Of a stretch of 64,000 nt of DNA, positions 20,618 through 32,600 are shown piece after piece. Position 1 is the stretch's first letter. Each line of letters begins with the position of its first letter. Source of the stretch: Gammaproteobacteria bacterium (GTDB lineage: Bacteria > Pseudomonadota > Gammaproteobacteria > Steroidobacterales > JBCCMA01). The position numbers and the translations under genes were made by a program. The notes beneath the pieces are model-generated. The model made no database searches. It saw nothing but the letters and a program-made list of their open reading frames with translations, and was not told where the DNA came from. Location of the stretch: NCBI GenBank assembly GCA_045106455.1, contig JBGCEL010000021.1, positions 49,713-113,712 of the forward strand. The letters run 5' to 3'.

Positions 20618-23600
20618 TCATGGGTTGGGACACATCAACTGAATGTTCACATCTCCGTGACCGCTGTGCGCGATACAGTCGCCGTAATAATGGCAATCAT
20701 TGGGCTGGTCCACCGTCTCGAAATCAAACCAGCCTGAGCCACCGAAGATCGACTGCTCATTGGGATGGGCGTTGGCGCCGGTGCCTACCTGAAACGACGC
20801 GCCAGTACGCTCGATGTTGAGCAGCGCTCCGGTGTTCCAGGCCTCACCCGTGAGCGTGCCGCTCCAATTCGGGTAGTACACCCAGTCGGCCGGGTCCGCG
20901 CCTTGCGGGTTATACGGACTACCCGGTGGTGGCACGTCGGTACGTCCACTGAGCATCAGGTCCACATTGAAACGATAGTTTGGCTCGTCCTGTTTGAACG
21001 CCATCCCGGTCAGGCGTGCCGTGCCGTCGCCCAACGTCACAAACTGGGCACCGTCGTCGAGATCGTAGCGATCGAGTATGCCGTCGTTGTTGAAGTTCGG
21101 CAGAAACAACGCTTGATACTGCGTTTCGTTCGCGACACAGGCCTGACCGCCGTCATCGGCGCAATCAATGCGCACATTGAAGTCGCCTTTGCCCGTGTGC
21201 TCAACGCAGTCCCGCCCCAGATTCAGGCAGCGATCGCCCTGACGCTCAGTAACGTAGTCGAACCAGCCCGAACCGCCGAACACGTTCACGTCATCCTGCG
21301 TATCGTTGGCACCGGTGCCCACCTGGAACGACGGTCCGCGTCGTGTGACGCTCAAGCTCGCACCCGCGTAGTCGTCCAGACCCAACAGCGTACCGCTCCA
21401 GTTCGGGTAGTACACCCAATCACTGATATCGGCGCCGAAGTTATTTTTCGGACTACCGGGCGGTGGCGTCGTGGTACGACCTGACAGCATCAGGTCGACG
21501 TCAAACGATTCATCCGCATCGGTACGCTTGCGCGCCACGCCGGTCAGGCGCGCCGTGCCATCCGCGTTGCGTGTGAAGCGCGCGCCGGGCAGGAAGTCGA
21601 AGCGATCCGCGCCGCCGTTGCCATCGAGATTCTGGAACCACAGTCCATGGTTGGCAGCGGACGTCACCACACAATCGTCGCTGTCGCATTTCTTATCAAT
21701 GCGCACGTTGTCGATCATGAATTTGTCCCAGCGACCGCCAAACTTGTTGGTTACCACAAACTTGATCACCGTCTCACCTGAGATATACGGCGAGATGTCG
21801 TACGTCTCAAAGCCACTCGCCGCACCGTGATAGCCACTGAACACGTCAAGCACCGTAAACGACTGTCCGCCGTTGTCGGAGATCTTGAGTGTGACCTCAT
21901 CATCGGGATCCACTTCATTGGAGGTGGTCCAGTCGAACATCAGCATCGCCGCTGGATATCCGGACAGATCGACCTGACGACGAATGCTGGGCTTTTGATG
22001 ACTATTGGGATAGTCGGTCAGAATGAGCACACCGTCGGCCACGCGGATCGCACCATCGCTGGCACCGCCGCCCTGAGGATCGTGCTCGAGCCACGGACCG
22101 GCCCAATCCATCGAGCCATCGTTATTGTCGTAACGCACCCGATTGAATTGATCCGCCACATCGCCCGCCACGCAGACCGGCGCCGTGCACTTCTTATCGA
22201 TGCTGACGTTATCGACAAAGAACTCGTCGTGCGAACCGCCAAACAGATTCGTGATGCGGAAACGGATAATGGTGTTGGCCGAGATGTACGGCGTCAGATC
22301 AAACATCTCCGAAGCGCCGACCACCTGACCCTGCACGCTTTCAAACATGGCAAGCGTGGTAAACGTGATGCCGCCATCGGTGGACACTTCCACTACCGCT
22401 TCATCGTTCTTGGTGGCCGCCGACGTCGTTGACCAGTCGAACATCAACATCGCCGCCTCAAACCCGGTCAGATCAACGCCGCGCGCAATGGACGGAGCTT
22501 GATGGCTGTCAGGCCGATCATTGAGTTGCAGACGACCGTCCACAATCGACACCGAACCACTGCTGGCGCCACCGCCCTGCGGATCGTTCTCAACCCATGG
22601 ACCGTTCCAATTCATCGAACCGTCGTTGTTGTCGTACGACACTTGATTAAAGTGATCGGCCACGTTGCCATCGACGCAGGACGCTTCGCCAAAGTAATGG
22701 CTGGCGTCGCTGTCACTCACGGGATTGCCAATAGGCACACCGCCATCGATTGGCTGTCCGGTCACGCTACCGATGTTGGCATACTGACCGGCGATCGCCG
22801 TGCCGCTGCCGGTGCAGACAAAGCTCGCACCCGGTGCCAGCGTGTCAGCAGGACAGGTCACGGCAACGCCCTGATTGTCAGTGACCACAATGCCGGTGAG
22901 GGTCAGCTCACCGGTGTTGCTGACGATGTACTCCCAGTTGACCGCGTCGCCTGCCGTTAGGATGGGGCCCGTTGGCGTATCGGCATCTTCACCGTTGGTC
23001 AGCTTCTCGATGTCCACTTCACCCTTGAGGCGAATCAAACCCGCATCGATGGTGTTGTTGGACTCACCGGGCTGCAGCACGATGGCAGGTGTAATGCCAC
23101 TGGTCGGATCGGGGTCCGAATCCAGTGCATCATCACCGGCATCTGGCGTGGTAAACGGCAGACCCGGTACGGCGCCAAACTGCACGAAGTAGGTCTCGCG
23201 CGAATCCAGATCCGTAAACAGGTAGTTGCCATTGGCGTCGGTGGTCGTGGTCGCCACGATCAGATCCGGCGCGCCGTCACCGTCGGTATCAATCCACAGG
23301 TTTACCGTAACGCCCGGCTGACCTGGCTCGTTAGGATCCTGCAGACCGTCGCGATCGCTGTCGACAAACACTGTGTCACCGATGCTTGCGGTCGGCAAAG
23401 GTAGACCGAGGTAATGCGACGGATCGGTGTCACCCACCGGATCGCCGATCGGATTGCCGTTGTCATCCACCGGCTGACCGCTGGCACTGCCCACGTTCAT
23501 ATACTGGCCGACAACCGCAACGCCGCTACCGGTGCAAACAAGCGTTGCCCCCGGCGCCAGCGTGTCGGCAGGACAATTCACGGCAACGCCCTGATTATCG

Positions 23601-26600
23601 CTCACCGTAATGCCGCTGACGGTCACGTTGCCGGTGTTGCTCACCGTGTACTGCCAGTTCACAGGCTGACCTTCCACAATTTGTGGTCCGGTTGGTGTAT
23701 CAGCATCTTCGCCGTTCGTGGTCTTCTCGATAGTCAGACCGCCGCCGGCACCGAAGTAATGACTGGGATCGCTGCCCGACACGGGATCGCCCACAGGCGT
23801 ACCACCGTCGCTTGGCTGACCGGTCACACTGCCGATGTTCGCGTACTGACCGGCAACGGCCGTACCGCTACCGCTGCAAGTAAAGCTTGCACCGGCGTCG
23901 AGCGTCGTGCCCGGGCAGGTCACCGCGACGCCCTGATCATCCACCACCACAATATTGCTGAGCGTCAACTCACCGGTGTTGGTGATGACATACGACCACG
24001 TGATCGGAGCGCCCACAGGCACGACCGGTCCGGTGGGCGTATCGGCATCTTCACCGTTGGTCAGTTTCTCAATGCTCACGCCTGAGTTCAGCGTTATGAC
24101 ACCGGCGTCGATGGTCAGATTGCTCTGACCCGGGTTCAACGTGATCGGTCCCGTGATACCGGTAGCCGGATCAGCGTCGCTGTCGGTGCTGTCGTCGCCC
24201 ACGTTTGGCGTGGTAAAGGGCTGCCCCGGCACCGCACCAAACTGCACGAAGTAGGTCAAGCGCGGATCGAGATCGCTAAACAGATAGTTGCCGTTCGCAT
24301 CGGTCATCACGGTGGCGATGATCGTGTCGGGCACGCCGTCGTTGTTGTCGTCGGTCCACAGATTTACCGTGACGCCCGGCAGACCCGGTTCGCCCGCGTC
24401 CTGCATACCGTCACGATCGGTGTCGACAAACACGGTGTCGCCTATGCTTGCCGTGGCGATGGCCACACCCAGATAGTGCGATGGATCACTGTCGCCAATC
24501 GGCGCACCAATCGGGTTGCCGTTGTCATCCACCGGCTGGCCCGTCGCCGACCCAATATTCACATACTGACCCACCGTCGCGATGCCCTCGCCCGTGCAGG
24601 TAAGCGTGGCGCCCGGCGCCAACGTATCGGTCGGGCAACTCACGCTCACACCCTGATCATCCGTGACCGTAATGTTGTTGACCGTGACGTTGCCGTTGTT
24701 GGTCACCACGTAGGTCCACATCACCGGCTGGTCTTCGGTGATTTCCGGTCCGGTTGGTGTGTCGGCATCTTCGCCGTTGGTGAGCTTCTCGATGGTAAGA
24801 CCCGCGCCCGCACCAAAGTAGTGGCTGGGATCCGAGTCAATGCGCGGATCACCAAACGGCGTACCGTTGTCGGTAGGCTGCGCACTCACTGAACCCAAGT
24901 TGCTGTACTGACCGGCCGTGGCAACGCCGCTGCCGGTACAGGTCATCGATGCACCCACGTCCAGCGTGGTCATCGGACAACTGACGGTCACGCCCTGATC
25001 ATCCGTGACCACAATATCAATCAGCGGGAACTCACCGGGGTTGCGCACCACGTAGGTCCAGTTCACCGTCTCACCGACGGTCAGAATTGGGCCCGTTGGC
25101 ACATCGGCATCCACACCGTTGGTGAATTTCTGAATCGTCACGTCGGGTTTGAGTTTCAAGATACCCGCATCAATCGTGAGATTGGTCTCACCCGGTGCCA
25201 CTGTAATAGGACCCGTGATGCCACTCAGCGGATCGACATCCGAATCGGCGGCATCGTCACCCACGTTGGGTTGTGTAAACGGTTCACCCGGAACCGGCAC
25301 CACCTGCACAAAGTAGGTCAGGCGCGGATCGAGATCCGTAAACAAATAGTTGCCGTTACCGTCGGTCGTCGTGGTCGCAATGATGCGATCGGGCGTACCG
25401 TCGCCGTCGTCATCGACCCACAAGTTCACGATGCGATCGGGGACGCCCCGTTCGCCGGGATCTTGCACGCCGTCACGATCCTCGTCCACGAACACCGTGT
25501 CACCAATGGCCGCGGTGGCAATAGGTGTACCCAAATAGTGCGACGGATCGGTGTCACCCACCGGATCGCCAATCGGGTTGCCGTTGTCATCCACCGGCTG
25601 ACCGGTGGCGCTACCGATGTTCGCGTATTGACCGACCGTTGCAATGCCCTCACCCGTGCAGGTGAAGCTCGCGCCGGGGGCAAGTGAGGCGGCGGGGCAG
25701 CTGACCGCTACACCCTGATCGTCGGTCACGACAATGTTGTTGACCGTGACGTTGCCTGTGTTGGTCACAACGTAAGTCCAGCTCACCGGATCGTCTTCGG
25801 TAATTTCAGGTCCGGTTGGCGTATCAGCATCCTGACCATTGGTCGATTTTTCGATCGTCAGGCCACCGCCTGCACCGAAGTAATGGCTCGGATCGTCGCC
25901 CGTGATCGGATCGCCGATGGGCGTGCCGCCATCCGACGGCTGACCGGTAATGGTGCCGATGTTGCTGTACTGACCAGCCGTTGCAACGCCAGTACCGGTG
26001 CAGACCAACGTCTCACCCGGCGCCAACGTATCGCCAGGGCAGCTCACGGCCACGCCTTCGCTGTCAGTGACCACGATGTTTACCAAATCCAGCTCGCCGG
26101 TGTTGGTCACCGTGTACGTCCAGGTGATCGGATCACCTACGCTCACGATCGGACCCGTGGGCGTGTCGGCGTCTTCACCGTTGGTCGTCTTCTCGATGCT
26201 GGCGCCGGAGGTGAGCACAATCACGCCGGCATCGATCGTCAGATTCGTCTCACCTGGCGTGAGTGCGATCGGCGGACTGATGCCGGTGGCTGGGTCAACG
26301 TCGCTGTCGGCTGAATCATCACCCACGTTTGGCAACGTGAACGGCTGACCGGGAACCGGTACGACCTGCACAAAGTAATTCAAACGCGGATCGAGATCCG
26401 TGAACAGATAGTTGCCGTTCGCATCGGTAATGAGTGTGGCGATGATGGTATCGGGCGTGCCGTCACCGTCATCGTCGGTCCACAGGTTCACCGTTACACC
26501 GGGCAGACCGGGTTCACCCGGGTCCTGAATGCCGTCGCGGTCTTCATCGACAAACACGGTGTCGCCAATCGCCGCCGTGGCAATCGGCGTACCCAGATAA

Positions 26601-29600
26601 TGCGACGGATCGGTGTCACCGACCGGGTCGCCAATTGGGTTGCCGTTGTCATCCACCGGCTGGCCCGTGGCGCTACCGATGTTGGCGTACTGACCAACCG
26701 TTGCGATGCCCTCACCCGTACAGGTGAAGCTCGCACCAGCGGCAAGACTGTCCGCCGGGCAGTTTACGGCCACACCCTGATCGTCGGTCACGACAATGTT
26801 GTTGACCGTCACGTTGCCCGTGTTCGTCACAACGTAAGTCCAGCTCACCGGATCGTCTTCGGTGATTTCCGGACCGGTAGGCGTATCGGCATCTTCGCCA
26901 TTGGTCGATTTCTCGATGGTCAGGCCCGCGCCGGCACCAAAGTAATGACTGGGATCGTCGCCCGTAATCGGATCGCCAACCGGTGTGCCGCCGTCCGACG
27001 GCTGACCGGTAATCGTACCGATGTTGCTGTATTGACCCGCCGTCGCAACGCCTGTACCGGTGCAGACCAACGTCTCACCCGGCGCCAACGTATCGCTCGG
27101 GCAGCTCACGGCAACGCCTTCGCTGTCAGTGACCACGATGTTTACCAAATCCAGCTCGCCGGTGTTGGTCACCGTGTACGTCCAGGTGATCGGATCACCT
27201 ACGCTCACGATCGGACCGGTGGGCGTATCGGCATCTTCGCCGTTGGTGGTTTTCTCGATGCTCGCGCCTGAAGTCAGCACGATGACACCGGCATCAATGG
27301 TCAGGTTTGTTTCGCCCGGCGTCAGTGCGATCGGCGGGCTAATGCCTGTGGCCGGATCAACGTCGCTGTCGGCCGTGTCGTCACCTACGTTTGGCAACGT
27401 GAACGGCTGACCGGGAACCGGTACGACCTGCACAAAGTAATTCAGCCGCGGATCAAGATCCGTAAACAGATAATTGCCGTTCGCATCGGTAACCAGTGTG
27501 GCGATGATCGTGTCGGGCGTGCCGTCACCGTCATCGTCCGTCCACAGGTTCACCGTCACACCAGGCAGACCCGGTTCACCGGGGTCCTGAATGCCATCGC
27601 GGTCTTCATCCACAAATACGGTATCGCCAATCGCGGCTGGTGCAATCGGTGTGCCCAAATAGTGCGACGGATCGGTGTCACCGACCGGGTCGCCAATCGG
27701 GTTGCCGTTGTCATCCACCGGCTGGCCCGTGGCGCTGCCGATGTTCGCGTATTGGCCGAGAACGGCGATGCCCTCACCCGTGCAGGTGAAACTCGCGCCC
27801 GGCGCAAGCGAATCGGCGGGACAGCTGACAGCCACCCCTTGATCATCCGTGACCACAATGTTGTTCACGGTCACGTTGCCGCTGTTGGTCACGACATAGG
27901 TCCAGCTCACCGGATCGTCTTCGGTGATCTCGGGACCGGTGGGCGTATCAGCGTCTTCGCCGTTGGTCGATTTCTCAATGGTCAGGCCCGCGCCGGCACC
28001 AAAGTAATGACTGGGATCGTCACCCGTAACGGGATCGCCGACCGGCGTACCGCCGTCCGAAGGCTGACCCGTGATGGTGCCGATGTTGCTGTATTGGCCC
28101 GCGGTGGCAACACCGCTTCCGGTGCAGACCAACGTCTCACCCGGCGCCAACGTATCGGCAGGGCAGCTCACCGCCACGCCTTCGCTGTCGGTGACCACAA
28201 TATCGATCAGATCAAGTTCGCCCGTGTTCGTGACGGTGTACGTCCAGGTAACGGGATCACCTACGCTCACAATCGGACCGGTGGGCGTGTCGGCATCTTC
28301 GCCGTTGGTCGTCTTCTCGATGCTGGCGCCGGAGGTGAGCACAATCACGCCGGCGTCAATGGTCAGGTTGGTCTCACCTGGCGTCAGTGTGATCAACGGA
28401 CTGATGCCGGTCGCCGGATCGACGTCGCTGTCGGCCGTGTCATCGCCAACGTTTGGCAACGTGAAGGGCTGACCGGGAACCGGTACCACTTGCACGAAGT
28501 AATCCAGTCGCGGATCGAGATCCGGGAACAGATAGTTGCCGTTCGCGTCCGTGACGACCGTCGCGATAATTGTGTCGGGCGTGCCGTCACCGTCATCGTC
28601 CGTCCACAGATTAACGGTAACGCCAGGCAGACCCGGCTCGCCGGCATCCTGAATGCCGTCGCGGTCTTCATCGACAAACACGGTGTCGCCAATGGTTGCC
28701 GTTGGGATTGGCGTACCCAAATAGTGCGATGGATCGGTGTCGCCAACAGGGTCACCAATTGGGTTGCCGTTATCGTCCACCGGCTGGCCCGTGGCGCTGC
28801 CGATATTCGCGTACTGACCCACGATGGCAATGCCCTCACCCGTACAGGTAAAGCTTGCGCCTGCTGCCAGCGTATCCGCGGGGCAATCTACGGCCACACC
28901 CTGATCATCGGTGACCACAATGTTGTTCACCGCCACGTTGCCGGTGTTGGTGACGACATACGTCCAGGTCACCGGATCGTCTTCGGTGATCTCGGGGCCG
29001 GTGGGTGTATCGGCATCTTCGCCGTTGGTCGATTTTTCGATCGTCAGGCCACCACCCGCGCCGAAGTAATGACTGGGGTCGTCGCTGGTAATCGGATCGC
29101 CGATGGGCGTACCGCCATCTGACGGCTGACCCGTGATGGTGCCGATGTTGCTGTACTGACCCGCGGTGGCAACACCGCTGCCGGTGCACACCAAGGTATC
29201 ACCGGGAGCCAGCGTATCGCCGGGGCAGCTCACCGCCACGCCTTCGCTGTCGGTGACCACAATGTTCACCAAATCCAACTCGCCGGTATTGGTCACCGTG
29301 TACGTCCAGGTGATCGGATCACCCACGCTCACGATCGGACCGGTGGGCGTGTCAGCATCTTCGCCATTGGTGGTCTTCTCGATGCTGGCGCCCGAGGTCA
29401 ACACAATCACGCCAGCGTCGATGGTCAGGTTGGTCTCGCCGGGTGTTAATGCGATCGGCGGGCTGATGCCGGTCGCTGGGTCAACGTCGCTGTCGGCAGA
29501 ATCGTCACCTACGTTTGGCAATGTGAACGGCTGACCGGGAACCGGTTCTACCTGCACGAAGTAATCCAGACGTGGATCGAGATCGGGGAACAAATAGTTG

Positions 29601-32600
29601 CCGTTCGCGTCCGTCACCACCGTCGCGATGATCGTGTCGGGCGTGCCGTCGCCATCATCATCGGTCCACAGATTGACGGTAACGCCAGGCAGACCCGGCT
29701 CACCCGGATCCTGAATGCCGTCACGGTCTTCATCGACAAACACGGTGTCGCCAATGGCGCCCGTGGGAATGGGTGTACCTAAATAATGCGACGGGTCGCT
29801 GCCGGCGACCGGATCGCCAACCGGGTTGCCGTTTTCATCCACCGGTTGACCCGTGGCGCTACCGATGTTGGCGTACTGCCCCACGGTGGCGATGCCCTCA
29901 CCCGTACAGGTAAAGCTTGCACCGGGCGCAAGCGTATCGGCGGGACAGTCGACCGCCACGCCCTGATCATCGGTGACCACGATGTTGTTGACCGTCACGT
30001 TGCCCGTGTTGGTCACCACATAGGTCCAGGTTACCGGATCATCTTCGGTAATTTCCGGACCGGTCGGCGTATCGGCATCTTCGCCGTTGGTCGACTTCTC
30101 GACCGCCAGGCCGCTGCCCGCACCAAAGTAGTGACTGGGGTCGGTGTCGCACACTTCCTCTTCTTCGAAGAAGCCGCAAACATTACCGATGTTGGCGTAC
30201 TGACCCGACTGCGCGATGCCCTCGCCCGTGCAGGTAATTGATTCACCCGGGTCCAGGAATTCGATCGCCGGACAGGTAACGGTCACACCCTGATCATCGC
30301 TGAGCAAAATGGTGTTCAAACGCACGTTACCGGTGTTGGTGGCAACGTAGGTCCAGATGACCGTGTCACCCACGGGAATGGCCGGACCCGGCGCCACATC
30401 GGCATCAAAACCGATGGTGTCTTTTTCCAGCGAGATTTCAAAAAAGATGCCGAAGTAATGACTCGGGTCGCTGTCGCTGACCGTCTCGCCATTGCCCTGC
30501 GCCGACACCGAACCGACGTTGGCGTACTGTCCCGCCGTCGACGTGCCGTTAGCCGAGCAGGTAAACGACTCGCCCGGCGCAAGCGTTGTTGCGGGGCAAG
30601 TAACGGGTACGCCCTGGTCATCCACCACCACGATGTCGGTCAGCGTGACGCCGCCGGTGTTCGTGACAACGTAGTCCCAGGTGACGGGCAAACCAACAAT
30701 GACTTCCGGTCCGGTTGGGTCATCGGCGTCGACATTCTGTGTCAACGTTTCGATCTCGATCATTGCACCGGCGCCGGTGTAATGACTCGGATCGGTTGCG
30801 CACACTGGCTCACCGTCACCCACACTCGCGCAGGCCGTACCGATGTTCATGTACGGACCGCTTTGGGCCACGCCCGTACCCGTACAGGTCACCGATCCAC
30901 CCGGCGGCAGACTCAGCGGCGGACACGTGACCACCACGCCCTGATCATCCGTCACATTGATTGATGACAGCACCACGTTGCCGTCATTAGAAATGGTGTA
31001 TTCCCAGGTAATGGGCTCACCGACGCCAATGGTCGGTCCCGGTGCGACGTCGGCATCTTCACCGTTGGTCGTTTTCTGCAGTGAGATAAGCGGATCGGAG
31101 CCAAAGTAATGACTCGGATCAGAATCGCTAACGTCCGCGCCTACCGGCGGCGTGCCCGTGACCGCGCCCACATTCATATACTGACCCGAGGTCACGGTGC
31201 CCGTCGCCGTACACGTCATTGACACACCCGGTGCAAGCGTCGTGCTTGGGCAGGTGACCGTCACGCCTTCGCTATCGGTGACCACGACATCAGACAACTC
31301 GATGTTGCCGCTGTTTGTCACGACGTATTCCCACGTCACCATACCGCCCACCGGCAACTCGGGGCCGGTTGGTGAGTCGGCATCAAACGACTCGGTCAAC
31401 GTTTCAATGAGAATCGCTGGCACAGAACCGAAGTAGTGACTCGCGTCACTGGCGCACACCTCCTGCGGCTCGTCGGTTTGATCGTTACCGCAGACGGTCG
31501 CGTTGTTCACATACTGACCGGCCTGCGCATCATCAGTTGAGCCGGTGCAGGTGAAGGTGGCGCCCGTGGCAAGAAAATCGCTCGGGCACGTCACGCTCAC
31601 GCCCTGGTCATCGACCACGAGCACTTCAAACAAATCGGCGTCACCCGTGTTGGTAACAATGTATTCCCAGGTAACGTCGGCACCGGCCTCAACGATCGGA
31701 CCGGTCGGTTCATCGGCGTCCACGCCGTTGGTGAGTTTTTCGATCGCGATATCGACCGGTTCACCGCCAAACAAGCCCAAATCAACGTCCATACGTTCGC
31801 CACCCGAACGCACGGGAATCACACGCGTGGTGCCCAGCGAGTTGGCGTCGCTGTCGAGCTGAATGTCGATACCCTGATTGCGTTTACCAATGCGATACGG
31901 CGCCGGCACGACGTACTGCACGCGGTAGTCGCCGGGCTGCAGGTTCGCAAATTCGAAATAACCGCGCGCGTCCGTCTTCATGACCTGACCTGTCGGCACA
32001 CCGTCGGCGGTCAGCAGCAGCACTTCGATGCCCGCGACGCCCTCTTCGCCCGCATTCTGCAAACCGTCGCCGTCGCGATCAAACCAAACCCAGTCGCCCA
32101 CACTCGCGGTGCGATACATACCGGCATCGAGATCGAAATGACCGAACTGTTCGCGCACGTCGACCGGCGAGCTCATGGACGTGGCCGGATCGATGTCACT
32201 GTCGAGCGATTCAAGCGCCGCGTTGGTGGCCGAAAATTGCCACTCACCATCCGCCTCAATACCTAATCGATAGCAGCCTGCCTGCATCGTTTGAAAAACG
32301 AAATAGCCACTGCTATCGGTGCGCGTGGCACGCGCCGCGCCTTGATCATCCACCATGGCTTTGCCAGCGCAGTCGTACAACGCAACGTTGACGTTGGCGA
32401 GGCCGGGTTCGCCGACATTCTGGATACCGTCCGCATTCAAGTCTTCCCAGACCCGGTCACCCAGTTCGCCGTGTTTGATGTTCACGACACCGGCATCGAT
32501 GCCGGCAAGCGTGGCACCCGCCGCAATTTCAAGCTTTGATGAAATGCCCGTAGCAGGATCGACGTCACTGTCTACTTGCGTATCGCGCCCCATTTGCGCC

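Noticed and set aside
22691-30124. Possible CRISPR array or DGR-like repeat
   Set aside because: The repeats are in-frame 1062-bp coding units without unique spacers; no cas or reverse transcriptase gene is present, and differences are mostly synonymous.
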